DNA of 54,257 nt from Phycisphaeraceae bacterium (GTDB lineage Bacteria; Planctomycetota; Phycisphaerae; Phycisphaerales; Zrk34), in the NCBI GenBank assembly GCA_040905565.1, contig JBBDRF010000016.1:1-54257 (forward strand), written 5' to 3'. Positions 24,917 to 33,347 of this stretch are shown in pieces. A model generated the notes under the pieces. It saw only the letters and a list, made by a program, of their open reading frames with translations. It was not told where the DNA came from and did no database searches. Positions within the stretch are counted from its first letter, which is position 1; each line of letters opens with the position of its first letter. The position numbers and the translations under genes are program-made.

Positions 24917-25636
24917 TTAGTCGAGTTTGCGGAGCTTTATATCGCGGAGGGCGGCGCTGGTGTTCCAGGCGGCGATGCCGAGGGGCCGGGAGAGGGAGAC
25001 TTCGGGGCGGATGCCGATGTGGCGATCTTCGATGTTCACGTCGACGACGGATTCGTCATCGATCCAGGCCTGGATGCGATCGGGCTCAACGCGGACGCGG
25101 ATGTCGTACCACTGGTCTTTTTCGAAGGCCATGACGGTGGTGGTTTCGTTCTGGGAAGCGTCGAAGAAGTCGAGGCTTGAGAGCCCGACGACGGTGCCGC
25201 CCCAGCCGCCGACGATGAAGGAGCAGTGGTCTTCGCCGACGGGGAAGGTGAGGCCGCAGAAGAAGTCGTTGCCTTCGATGCGTTTGGCCTGGAGCTGAAT
25301 TTCGTAGTTGGTGGTCGGGGGGGCTGCTTCGCGATCCCAGTGGATGCCGGTGAGTCCGTTGCCGAAGGCGAGGTGGATGGCGTTGTCTTTGATGGTGACG
25401 TCGCCTTGGCCGCCGAACTCGGTGATCTGCCAGTTGTTGAGCGTTTCGCCGTCGAAGAGGGATTCGGCGGCGTCGGTGTCGGGTTTGTCTTCATCTTTGT
25501 CGGCCGTCGCAGGCTGCGCGGTCTGTGGCGGGGCGTTCTGGGCGGAAGGGGGGTCGGTCGGGCCAGGATATTCGCAGCCGAGGGTGAGCAGGGCGGCCGC
25601 GGTGAGGGTTATGGCGGTGAAGTGTCTGGCGTTCAT
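24917..25636 (-). CDS. DUF1080 (3-keto-disaccharide hydrolase-like) lipoprotein
   Basis: TLGC lipobox; SLFDGETLNNW, NYEIQLQAKR, GGWGG. Confidence 0.85.
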   Translation of the reverse strand: MNARHFTAITLTAAALLTLGCEYPGPTDPPSAQNAPPQTAQPATADKDEDKPDTDAAESLFDGETLNNWQITEFGGQGDVTIKDNAIHLAFGNGLTGIHWDREAAPPTTNYEIQLQAKRIEGNDFFCGLTFPVGEDHCSFIVGGWGGTVVGLSSLDFFDASQNETTTVMAFEKDQWYDIRVRVEPDRIQAWIDDESVVDVNIEDRHIGIRPEVSLSRPLGIAAWNTSAALRDIKLRKLD

Positions 25637-25876
25637 GTCTTGGCCGCTTTCGGTTGGGGTGGCATGGGGGCCTCGGGGGGATCAGGTAGTCTGGCATGTT
25701 AACCGGGGAGGCAGATCTGGAAAAACGGGAACTTATTGGTGTTTCGCTGCAAAATATTTTTCGGTAAAGGCTTGCTGTATGACCGATTTTCCAAGTATAA
25801 CGGAAGTTCTGGGGGGCTGGCCTATAGGTACGTTAGGCTGCTCGTGTCCGGTTGTAAGACAAAGATGGGAGTGAGG

Positions 25877-26539
25877 ATGCACCAGAACGCACCGAGCGGC
25901 GGTGTGGCTTCCGGCGAGGCCGTCGCGGAAATGATGTCGGAAGGTCAGCCGATCGATCTGAAGCGAATCCTAATCGCAGAGGACGAACATCTGGTGGCTG
26001 CTGCGCTGGCGGATAGCCTGACGACGCTCGGTTACGAGGTGGTCGGGCCGGTAGCCGACGGCGAGCAGGTGGTCGCGCTGGCGCGCGAGCAGCAGCCTCA
26101 GCTGGCGCTGCTGGACATCCGCATGCCCCGGATGGATGGGCTCGATGCAGCGGCCGAACTGAACGAAATGCAGATCCCGGTGGTCATCGTGAGCGCCTAT
26201 TCGGACCCCGAATACCTCAGCCGCGGTGCGAACCTGGGAGTGTTCGGCTATGTGCTGAAGCCGGTGACGGTGGAGGACCTGCGCGTGAATATCGCGGTGG
26301 CGTGGTCGCGGTACCAGCAGCAGCATCAACTGCGGGACGAGGTGCAGGGTCTGAAAATGGCGATGGAGAACCGCAAGCTGGTTGAGCGGGCGAAGGGGCT
26401 GTTGATGACGCGGCTGAATATCACCGAGCCCGAAGCGATGAAACGGCTTCAGAAGCAGGCGCGGGATTCAAGGCGGAACATGGCGGACCTGGCGCGGGCG
26501 ATCATCGAGACGGATCAACTCTTCGGCGAGCAAGGCTGA
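25877..26539 (+). CDS. response regulator with REC and ANTAR domains (PdtaR/NasT-like)
   Basis: ILIAEDE, LLDIRMPRMDG, YVLKP; RKLVERAKGLLM...EPEAMKRLQKQARD ANTAR signature. Start could be 25931. Confidence 0.92.
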   Translation: MHQNAPSGGVASGEAVAEMMSEGQPIDLKRILIAEDEHLVAAALADSLTTLGYEVVGPVADGEQVVALAREQQPQLALLDIRMPRMDGLDAAAELNEMQIPVVIVSAYSDPEYLSRGANLGVFGYVLKPVTVEDLRVNIAVAWSRYQQQHQLRDEVQGLKMAMENRKLVERAKGLLMTRLNITEPEAMKRLQKQARDSRRNMADLARAIIETDQLFGEQG

Positions 26540-26650
26540 GCGATTGACCATCTGTGACGGCTTATCAGGCAGGCGGGCTTTGTTGAGCGTTTTGTGGTGC
26601 GCCGCGGCATGGGCGGCAGGCGGTTGTGCAGCCGGGAAGGGGGCGGGGGC

Positions 26651-27739
26651 ATGACGCTGACTGAGTATCTGCAGGAGATGATCGCGCGGGATGCTTCGGA
26701 TTTGTTTCTGGAAGCGGGGGTCGGCCCGAGCTATCGGGTGCATGGGGAAGTGGCGCGGGCGGAATTGCCTGGGCCGAGCGAGGCGGAGATGCGGGGGTAC
26801 CTGGAAGAAGTGCTGACGCCGATGGCGCTGCAGAACTTTGAGGATTCGCCCGACGCGGACGTGGCGTTTACGACGGAGCATGGCCGCCGATTTCGCATCA
26901 ATGTTTATCTGCATCAGGGCAAGCTGGGGCTGGTGGCGAGGCTGGTGGAGTCGGCGAATTCGCTGAGCTTTGACGGGCTGCATCTGCCCGAGGCTTTGCA
27001 GGAGCTTGCGGAGAAACGGCGGGGGATGGTGCTGGTGGTCGGGCCCACCGGCTGCGGCAAAAGCACGACGCTTGGGACGATGGTGCACCACATCAACCAG
27101 ACCCGGGCGGACCATATCGTCACGATCGAAGACCCGATCGAGTTCGTGCATGAGGGCGGCAAGTCGCTGGTGCATCAACGGCAGGTTGGGTACGACACGG
27201 TCTCGTTCGCGACGGCGCTTCGGCATGTGGTGCGGCAGAGTCCGGACGTGATTGCGATCGGCGAGCTTCGCGATGTCGACACGATGCAGACGGCTTTGAA
27301 TGCGGCGCTCACGGGGCATCTCGTGCTGACGACGCTGCATACGACGAGCGTGATTCAATCGATCGATCGGATTTTGAATTACTTCCCCGCCGATGCGCGG
27401 CCGCAGGCGCAGGCGGATCTGGCGCAGACGCTTGAGGGCGTGGTGGCGATGCGGCTGTTGCGTCGGGCGGATGGTAAGGGGCGGGTGCCGGCGCTGGAGG
27501 TGCTGCTGGCGAGCCCGCTGGTGCGACGGTTGATGCGCGAGGGGAAGTTTTCGGAGCTGGCGGAGCATATGCAGCAGAGCCGGGATGCGGGGATGATGAC
27601 GATGAACCAGTCGCTGATTGATCTGGTGAATGAGGGGCTGGTGAAGCCGGAGGACGCGCTGCCTTGCTCGCCGAACCCGGCGGAGCTGCGGTTGAATCTG
27701 CAGGGGATGTTCACGGGGTCGCAGTCGCTGGTAGAGTGA
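26651..27739 (+). CDS. PilT/PilU family twitching motility ATPase
   Basis: ASDLFL, GPTGCGKSTT, TIEDPIE, RQSPDVIAIGELRD, TGHLVLTTLHT. Confidence 0.93.
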   Translation: MTLTEYLQEMIARDASDLFLEAGVGPSYRVHGEVARAELPGPSEAEMRGYLEEVLTPMALQNFEDSPDADVAFTTEHGRRFRINVYLHQGKLGLVARLVESANSLSFDGLHLPEALQELAEKRRGMVLVVGPTGCGKSTTLGTMVHHINQTRADHIVTIEDPIEFVHEGGKSLVHQRQVGYDTVSFATALRHVVRQSPDVIAIGELRDVDTMQTALNAALTGHLVLTTLHTTSVIQSIDRILNYFPADARPQAQADLAQTLEGVVAMRLLRRADGKGRVPALEVLLASPLVRRLMREGKFSELAEHMQQSRDAGMMTMNQSLIDLVNEGLVKPEDALPCSPNPAELRLNLQGMFTGSQSLVE

Positions 27740-27794
27740 TGGGTGTAGGTTGGGGCGAGGGTGGTTTGTGTTCCGTGACGCAGGGAGTTTCTCG

Positions 27795-28958
27795 ATGGCG
27801 GAATCGACGGAGGCAGCATCGGGGGGGGCGGGCGGCGGGGGCAGTGCGTTCACGATGAAGGGGCTGTTCGAGTATGCCGCCAAGGTCGACGCGTCGGATC
27901 TGTTGATCACGGCGGGGTCGCCTCCGGTTGTGCGGGTGGATGGTGAGCTTCATTCGGTGGGCAAGGAGGTGCTTCGGCCGAAGGTGACGCGGACGCTGGT
28001 GTGGTCGCTTTTGAACGAGGTGCAGCAGGAGAAGCTGGAGCGGGATAAGGAGCTGGACTTCTCGCTGGCGGTGACGGGGTCGCTGCGATTCCGGGCGAAT
28101 ATTTACTATCAGAAGGGTGCCGTGGCGGGCGCGTTTCGGTTGATTCCGCGGTCGGTGCCGAACCTAAATCAGCTGGGCTTGCCTCGGGTGGTGGGGGAGC
28201 TGACGCTGAAGCCTCATGGGTTGATCCTGCTGACCGGGCCGACCGGTTCGGGCAAGAGCACGACGCAGGCGGCGATGATCGACCTGATCAACGAGATGCG
28301 GCGGTGCCACGTGGTGACGGTCGAAGACCCGATTGAATTCGTCCACGTGAACAAACTCAGCGTGATTGATCAACGTGAACTGCACGCCGACACGCTCTCG
28401 TTTGCGAATGCTTTGAAGTATGTGCTGCGGCAGGATCCGGACGTGATTCTGGTCGGCGAGATGCGCGATCCGGAGACGATCTCGGCAGCCCTCACCGCTG
28501 CGGAGACGGGGCATCTTGTGGTGGCCACGCTGCACACGAACGATGCGATTCAGGCGATCGATCGGATCATCGATGTGTTCTCGCCTCATCAGCAGAATCA
28601 GATTCGCGTGCAGTTGGCGTTCACGCTGTTGGCGGTGGTGGCGCAGCAGTTGATTCCGCATCGCAATGGGAAGGGGCGGGTGCTGGCGACGGAGATTCTG
28701 CTGCGGAACCATGCGGTGGCGGCTCATATCCGTGAGGGCAAGACGCACCAGACGCGGTCGATTATGGAGTCGAACCGGGCGCAGGGGATGATGACGATGG
28801 ACCATCGTTTGAAGGAGCTGTTGCAGGAGGGGAAGATTACGTTTGAGGAGGTGGGCAGGCGGGTGAGTTCGCCTCAGATGCTGCATCAGATCGCGGCGGA
28901 GCAGCAGGAGAGTGAGGCGGGGGCGGGGAAGAAGCCGCGGTCAGGGTTCTTTCGGTGA
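27795..28958 (+). CDS. pilT: type IV pilus retraction ATPase PilT
   Basis: GPTGSGKSTT, EDPIEF, LRQDPDVILVGEMRD, AETGHLVVATLHTN, AHIREGKTHQ. Confidence 0.95.
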   Translation: MAESTEAASGGAGGGGSAFTMKGLFEYAAKVDASDLLITAGSPPVVRVDGELHSVGKEVLRPKVTRTLVWSLLNEVQQEKLERDKELDFSLAVTGSLRFRANIYYQKGAVAGAFRLIPRSVPNLNQLGLPRVVGELTLKPHGLILLTGPTGSGKSTTQAAMIDLINEMRRCHVVTVEDPIEFVHVNKLSVIDQRELHADTLSFANALKYVLRQDPDVILVGEMRDPETISAALTAAETGHLVVATLHTNDAIQAIDRIIDVFSPHQQNQIRVQLAFTLLAVVAQQLIPHRNGKGRVLATEILLRNHAVAAHIREGKTHQTRSIMESNRAQGMMTMDHRLKELLQEGKITFEEVGRRVSSPQMLHQIAAEQQESEAGAGKKPRSGFFR

Positions 28959-28971
28959 GCGGGGCAGGGCG

Positions 28972-29937
28972 ATGAGCATGCCGGACACGGTGCCGAACAC
29001 GCCGCCGATGTTGTCGAGCGAGGTGCCGACGGAACCTTACACTGCGGTGATTGCGAATCCGTACAGCGGTGCGGTCAGCAATGCGGTGCGGGTGGAAGCA
29101 CTGGTGGAGCAGTTGCGGTTGCGGGGAATGCCGACGCGGGTGGTGTGGGATCGTGAAGGGTTGGGGACGCTGGCGCAGTCGGTTGCGTTCGGTGAGTTGT
29201 GCCGATGTGTGGTGGCAGCGGGGGGGGACGGGACGCTTAGCCGGGTGATCAATCATGAGCTTGGGCGGGTGCCGATTGCGCATTATCCGCTGGGCAATGA
29301 GAATCTTTTTGCGAAGCAGTTCGGGTTTACATCGGATCCCGTCGCGATGGCGGAGGCGATTGTGCGGGGGCGGACGCAGACGGTTGATGTGGGGGAGGTC
29401 AAGGGTGAGCGGTTCAGCATCGTCACCAGTGCGGGGTTCGATGGGGCGGTGGCGCATCGGCTGCACGACCTGCGATGCAGCGGCGGCGGCGTTCGGCAAG
29501 TGGGGCGTCTGACTTATCTCAAGCCGATTTTGGCGACGATGTTCGGCTACCGCTATCCGATGATCGACGTGATTGCCGACGGGCGCACGATGCGGGGGGC
29601 GTTGGTGATGGTATTCAATTTGCCGCAGTATGCGATGAAGCTTTCGCTGCTGCCGCAGGCCGATCCGCACGACGGGCTGCTGGATTATCTGGTCTTCGAA
29701 CGGCCGGGCCCGCTGGCGCTGATGCGCTACGCAATCGCTGCAATGTTCGGCAGTCGGCACCTGAAGCTGAGGGATGTACACGTCGGCAAGGCGGCCCGCA
29801 TCGAGCTTCGGCCGAGTGCGGCAGAGGGCGAACCGGACGGGGCGGCGGTACCGCTGGAGATCGACGGCGAAGCGGCGGGGCATCTTCCGGTAGAGATCGC
29901 GGTGCAGCCGGGCGGGCTTTTGATGCTCGTGCCGTGA
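28972..29937 (+). CDS. diacylglycerol/lipid kinase family protein
   Basis: IANPYSG, AGGDGTL, PLGNENLFA, AGFDG, EIDGE. Confidence 0.9.
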   Translation: MSMPDTVPNTPPMLSSEVPTEPYTAVIANPYSGAVSNAVRVEALVEQLRLRGMPTRVVWDREGLGTLAQSVAFGELCRCVVAAGGDGTLSRVINHELGRVPIAHYPLGNENLFAKQFGFTSDPVAMAEAIVRGRTQTVDVGEVKGERFSIVTSAGFDGAVAHRLHDLRCSGGGVRQVGRLTYLKPILATMFGYRYPMIDVIADGRTMRGALVMVFNLPQYAMKLSLLPQADPHDGLLDYLVFERPGPLALMRYAIAAMFGSRHLKLRDVHVGKAARIELRPSAAEGEPDGAAVPLEIDGEAAGHLPVEIAVQPGGLLMLVP

Positions 29938-30109
29938 CTGGGTTCATCTGAGCAGCGCATCTGACTTGAAGTGCTTGAACACTAATGCCGATTGTCAGTG
30001 AAGGCTTTCAACACTGTCAGGGGCGAACGCTGACCCGCCCGGCGGCTGATGCTAGAATGTGCACTGTGGACGAAGCCGGGGGGGCAATTAGAAAGGGAGC
30101 TGGTAACCG

Positions 30110-31360
30110 ATGGGTATACGAGCTTTGGATTATCGGGATTTTATCTCTCGCATGTTTTCCGTGACGGCGGCCGTCGCCATTGCCGGGATGTTTCTGGCGC
30201 TGGGCTGCGCTGAAAAGCCTGGCGCGACGGGTGGGCATGTGCATGCCGCAGCATCCGGTGAGACGGTCACGGCCGATGCGTCGCAGCCAGAAACCGATGC
30301 GGAGGAGCCGGGCACCGTCGACCTCAGCGTCTTCAACGATGCGGGCGAGCTGGTGGGCCCCGTGAGCATGGCGCGGGTGGTCAAGACCGACGAGGAGTGG
30401 CGGCAGCAGCTCACGGAAGAACAGTTCCGCATCACCCGGCGTGCCGGCACCGAGCCGGCGTTCTGCGGGCCCATGGTGGATAACAAGGAGGCGGGCGTTT
30501 ACGCGTGCATCGGCTGCAACCTGCCGCTCTTCCAATCCGACGCGAAGTTCGACTCGGGCACGGGCTGGCCGAGCTTCATGAGGCCGATCGCTTCGGAGAA
30601 CGTCGGCGAGCGGGTCGATCGCAGTCACGGCATGGTGCGCACCGAGATCGTCTGCGAACGCTGCGACGCCCACATTGGGCATGTTTTTGACGATGGTCCG
30701 CCGCCGACCGGCAAGCGGTACTGCATCAACTCTGAGGCGCTGAATTTCGTCAAAGCCGACGCGCTCCACACGCTCGCCGAGCAAGTCGATGACGAGGCGG
30801 TGGCCGAGGAGGCGACGGCTGACTACGCGACGGCCGTGGTGGCAGGCGGCTGCTTCTGGTGCGTGGAGGTGGTGTTCCAGCAGCTCGAAGGCGTGGTGGA
30901 GGTGACTTCCGGTTACGCCGGCGGCGATGCCGAGTCGGCCAATTACGATGCCGTGGTGAGCGGTCGCACGGATCACGCCGAGGCGGTGAAGCTGGTTTAC
31001 GACCCGAACATCATCAAGTACGAAGAGCTGGTGCGCGTGCATCTGGTGACGCATGATCCGACGCAACTGAATCGGCAGGGGCCCGATCGCGGCCGGCAAT
31101 ACCGCAGTGCGATCTTCTATGTGGATGATGAACAGAAGGCGGTGGCTGAGCGCGTCATGGCCGAGGTCGAGGCGTCGGGCAGGTACGATGAGACGATCGT
31201 GACCACGCTCGAACGGCTCGAGGATTGGGACCACTTCTACGTTGCTGAGGACTACCACCAGAAGTTCGCTGAGCAGAACCCCGACCATCCTTACGTGCGG
31301 ATGTGGGCGGACCCCAAGGTCGACAAGGTGCGCGAGGCCTTTCCCGACGAGGTTCGCTGA
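30110..31360 (+). CDS. msrAB: bifunctional methionine sulfoxide reductase MsrB-MsrA, probable lipoprotein
   Basis: LALGC lipobox; GTEPAF, KFDSGTGWPSF, RYCINS (MsrB); GGCFWC, HDPTQLNRQGPD, QYRSAIF, AEDYHQ (MsrA). Start could be 30152. Confidence 0.95.
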   Translation: MGIRALDYRDFISRMFSVTAAVAIAGMFLALGCAEKPGATGGHVHAAASGETVTADASQPETDAEEPGTVDLSVFNDAGELVGPVSMARVVKTDEEWRQQLTEEQFRITRRAGTEPAFCGPMVDNKEAGVYACIGCNLPLFQSDAKFDSGTGWPSFMRPIASENVGERVDRSHGMVRTEIVCERCDAHIGHVFDDGPPPTGKRYCINSEALNFVKADALHTLAEQVDDEAVAEEATADYATAVVAGGCFWCVEVVFQQLEGVVEVTSGYAGGDAESANYDAVVSGRTDHAEAVKLVYDPNIIKYEELVRVHLVTHDPTQLNRQGPDRGRQYRSAIFYVDDEQKAVAERVMAEVEASGRYDETIVTTLERLEDWDHFYVAEDYHQKFAEQNPDHPYVRMWADPKVDKVREAFPDEVR

Positions 31361-31401
31361 ACCCGTTGCTGTAAAAACGGCTGTGGCATGAGTGATCGGA
31401 G

Positions 31402-31438
31402 CCCGGCCGTCTCGCTGCGCTCGCTGGCCGGGGCACCC
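31402..31438. repeat. REP-like palindrome, family A
   Basis: Identical 37-mer to 17771-17807 and 41211-41247. Confidence 0.95.
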
Positions 31439-31580
31439 GCAGTCGGGTAGTTCGCTGGCGTATGCATGGGAAAAGCTTGGCCCGACGGAAACTCCGGCAA
31501 TGTCCCCGGCGACGAGCGTGGAACGATCCGGCTGACGGTTTATACTTTCAAAACCGCATCTCCAGGTTGGAGGGACGATC

Positions 31581-31826
31581 GTGATTGGCCGATGGAAAAG
31601 TGGTGGGAACCCGCCTCCCGATGCGCGACGGCGAAAGATGATTGCGCAGACGGGGGAATTTCTCACATGGGCGTTGGAAAACGGTGTAGACTTGCCAATG
31701 ATTCCCCGCAAGCGGGTGGACGACGGCGGGTTCACCGAGCTGATGAAGCTCCGAGGGGGCAGGGAAATGGTTAACCGCTGGTGGTTGCGGACGCTCGAGA
31801 TGATCGAATCCCGTGAGCGACGCTAA
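31581..31826 (+). CDS. small hypothetical protein
   Basis: GGAGG RBS before GTG; 15 nt gap to the next co-oriented gene. Confidence 0.55.
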   Translation: MIGRWKSGGNPPPDARRRKMIAQTGEFLTWALENGVDLPMIPRKRVDDGGFTELMKLRGGREMVNRWWLRTLEMIESRERR

Positions 31827-31841
31827 AGAGAGAACGCGTAC

Positions 31842-32402
31842 ATGCCTATCGAAGCACATGTGAACAGGACCTGGGCGATGAAGTGGCTGGTGATGGGGCT
31901 GGTGCTCATCGGCTTCGGGGGGCTTTGCATCAAGGACGGTGCCTTAGTTTATCCGCAGCAGCAGGCCCAGTATGAGGTCTACGAAGGTTTCGCCGAGACG
32001 GACAACATGGCCGGCTGGGTGGAGCGCGCCGAGAGCGAAGGCTGGTCGACCGATCCGCCGCCCGCGCGCAGCGACATGGATATCTACACGCAATGGGGGA
32101 TGCTGGCGATCAGCTGGCCGCTCGGATTCGCAGCCCTCGGCATGGTGATCTGGTTCCGCGGCCGTAAGCTCGTGGCGACGGAAGAGGCGCTGGTGGGGCA
32201 TCGCGGTGAGCGGGTGCTTTACAATTCAATCACCGCGATCGACAAGGAGCGGTGGGATTCCAAGGGCATCGCGTATGTGCTCTGGGAAGAGGGCGAGGAG
32301 TCCGGCCGCATCAAGATCGACGACTGGGTGTTCCGCGATGCCTGGCGTGTGCTTGATGAGGTGGAGGATCAAACGGGGCTGGGCGAACCGGTCCCGGGGT
32401 GA
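31842..32402 (+). CDS. hypothetical membrane protein (2 TM)
   Basis: 186 aa; two hydrophobic helices; host-like codon usage. Confidence 0.75.
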   Translation: MPIEAHVNRTWAMKWLVMGLVLIGFGGLCIKDGALVYPQQQAQYEVYEGFAETDNMAGWVERAESEGWSTDPPPARSDMDIYTQWGMLAISWPLGFAALGMVIWFRGRKLVATEEALVGHRGERVLYNSITAIDKERWDSKGIAYVLWEEGEESGRIKIDDWVFRDAWRVLDEVEDQTGLGEPVPG

Positions 32403-32459
32403 GTTGTACGGGGGGAAGTCGGCAGGGTCGCAGTGGTGGGGGAAGTTGGTGGTGGGGGT

Positions 32460-32484
32460 GGCGATTCAGGATCGCCCGCTAACG
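32460..32484. repeat. REP-like element, family F (GGCGAT..GATCGCCCGCTAAC)
   Basis: Core shared with 35930-35953, 41270-41300 and 17757-17771. Confidence 0.7.
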
Positions 32485-32505
32485 ATTTTTACGGGGGGGG
32501 AAATC

Positions 32506-33174
32506 ATGGCGAATAATCATGTGGACGCGACGATCCGTCGGTTGCTGGATCGGCGGGGGCGGACTTTTGCCGAAGAATTGAACATTCATGTTGAGCAGGG
32601 GACGCCGTCGCCGCTGTTTCAGCTGCTGTGCTTTGCGCTGGTCGGCAGCACGCGTATCGGCTGGCAAACTTCGCTGCATGCGGCACGGGCGCTGTTCGAC
32701 GCCGGCTGGACCACACCTGCGAAAATGGCGGACGCCACCTGGCGGCAGCGGACCGATGTGCTGAATAAATCCGGCTACGCGCGGTACGACGAGAGCACCT
32801 CGCGGATGCTGGAGGATTCGGCGCGCCTGCTGCTGGAGAAGTACCAGGGCGACCTGCGCAAGCTTCGTGAGCAGGCGGGGCGGGACCGCGAGGAAGAGCG
32901 TCGACGCGTGAAGGAGTTCAAGGGCATCGGCGACGTCGGGGCGGATATCTTCTTCCGCGAAGTGCAGGGTGTCTGGGACGAATGGCACCCGTTTATGGAT
33001 CGTTTGGCCGTTGAGGCGGCGGCGAAGTTGGAGCTTCCGAAGGATCCGCGGGTGCTGGCGGAGCATGTCGGCCGGGCGGAATTTCCAAGGCTGGTCGCTG
33101 CCCTGGTTCGCACGCATCTTGAGGATCTTTACGCGGAGATGACCGCTGAGCACAGCGATCAGCGTGCCTGGTGA
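32506..33174 (+). CDS. HhH-GPD superfamily protein (endonuclease III-like, no FeS motif)
   Basis: PSPLFQLL, GYARYDE, KYQGDLR, EFKGIGDVGADIFFREVQ helix-hairpin-helix. Confidence 0.8.
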   Translation: MANNHVDATIRRLLDRRGRTFAEELNIHVEQGTPSPLFQLLCFALVGSTRIGWQTSLHAARALFDAGWTTPAKMADATWRQRTDVLNKSGYARYDESTSRMLEDSARLLLEKYQGDLRKLREQAGRDREEERRRVKEFKGIGDVGADIFFREVQGVWDEWHPFMDRLAVEAAAKLELPKDPRVLAEHVGRAEFPRLVAALVRTHLEDLYAEMTAEHSDQRAW

Positions 33175-33347
33175 TTTCTAAGGGGCTTCTTTGCGAGGTC
33201 GACCGCTAATTTAATCGGTGTCATGCTCGCATTTAAAAGTTTGATCAACCACAGAGCCGGGGTACCATGATTAACAGCCGGCGCAGAGGAAGCGATGCTT
33301 TTCAGGCGCTGGCGTAATGCCACGAGAATCTCACGCGAGGTCCGGTC

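Noticed and set aside
25740..25876. ANTAR dual-hairpin target upstream of the regulator
   Set aside because: At most one weak 3-bp stem with a hexaloop (GTA-AAGGCT-TGC); no second hairpin.
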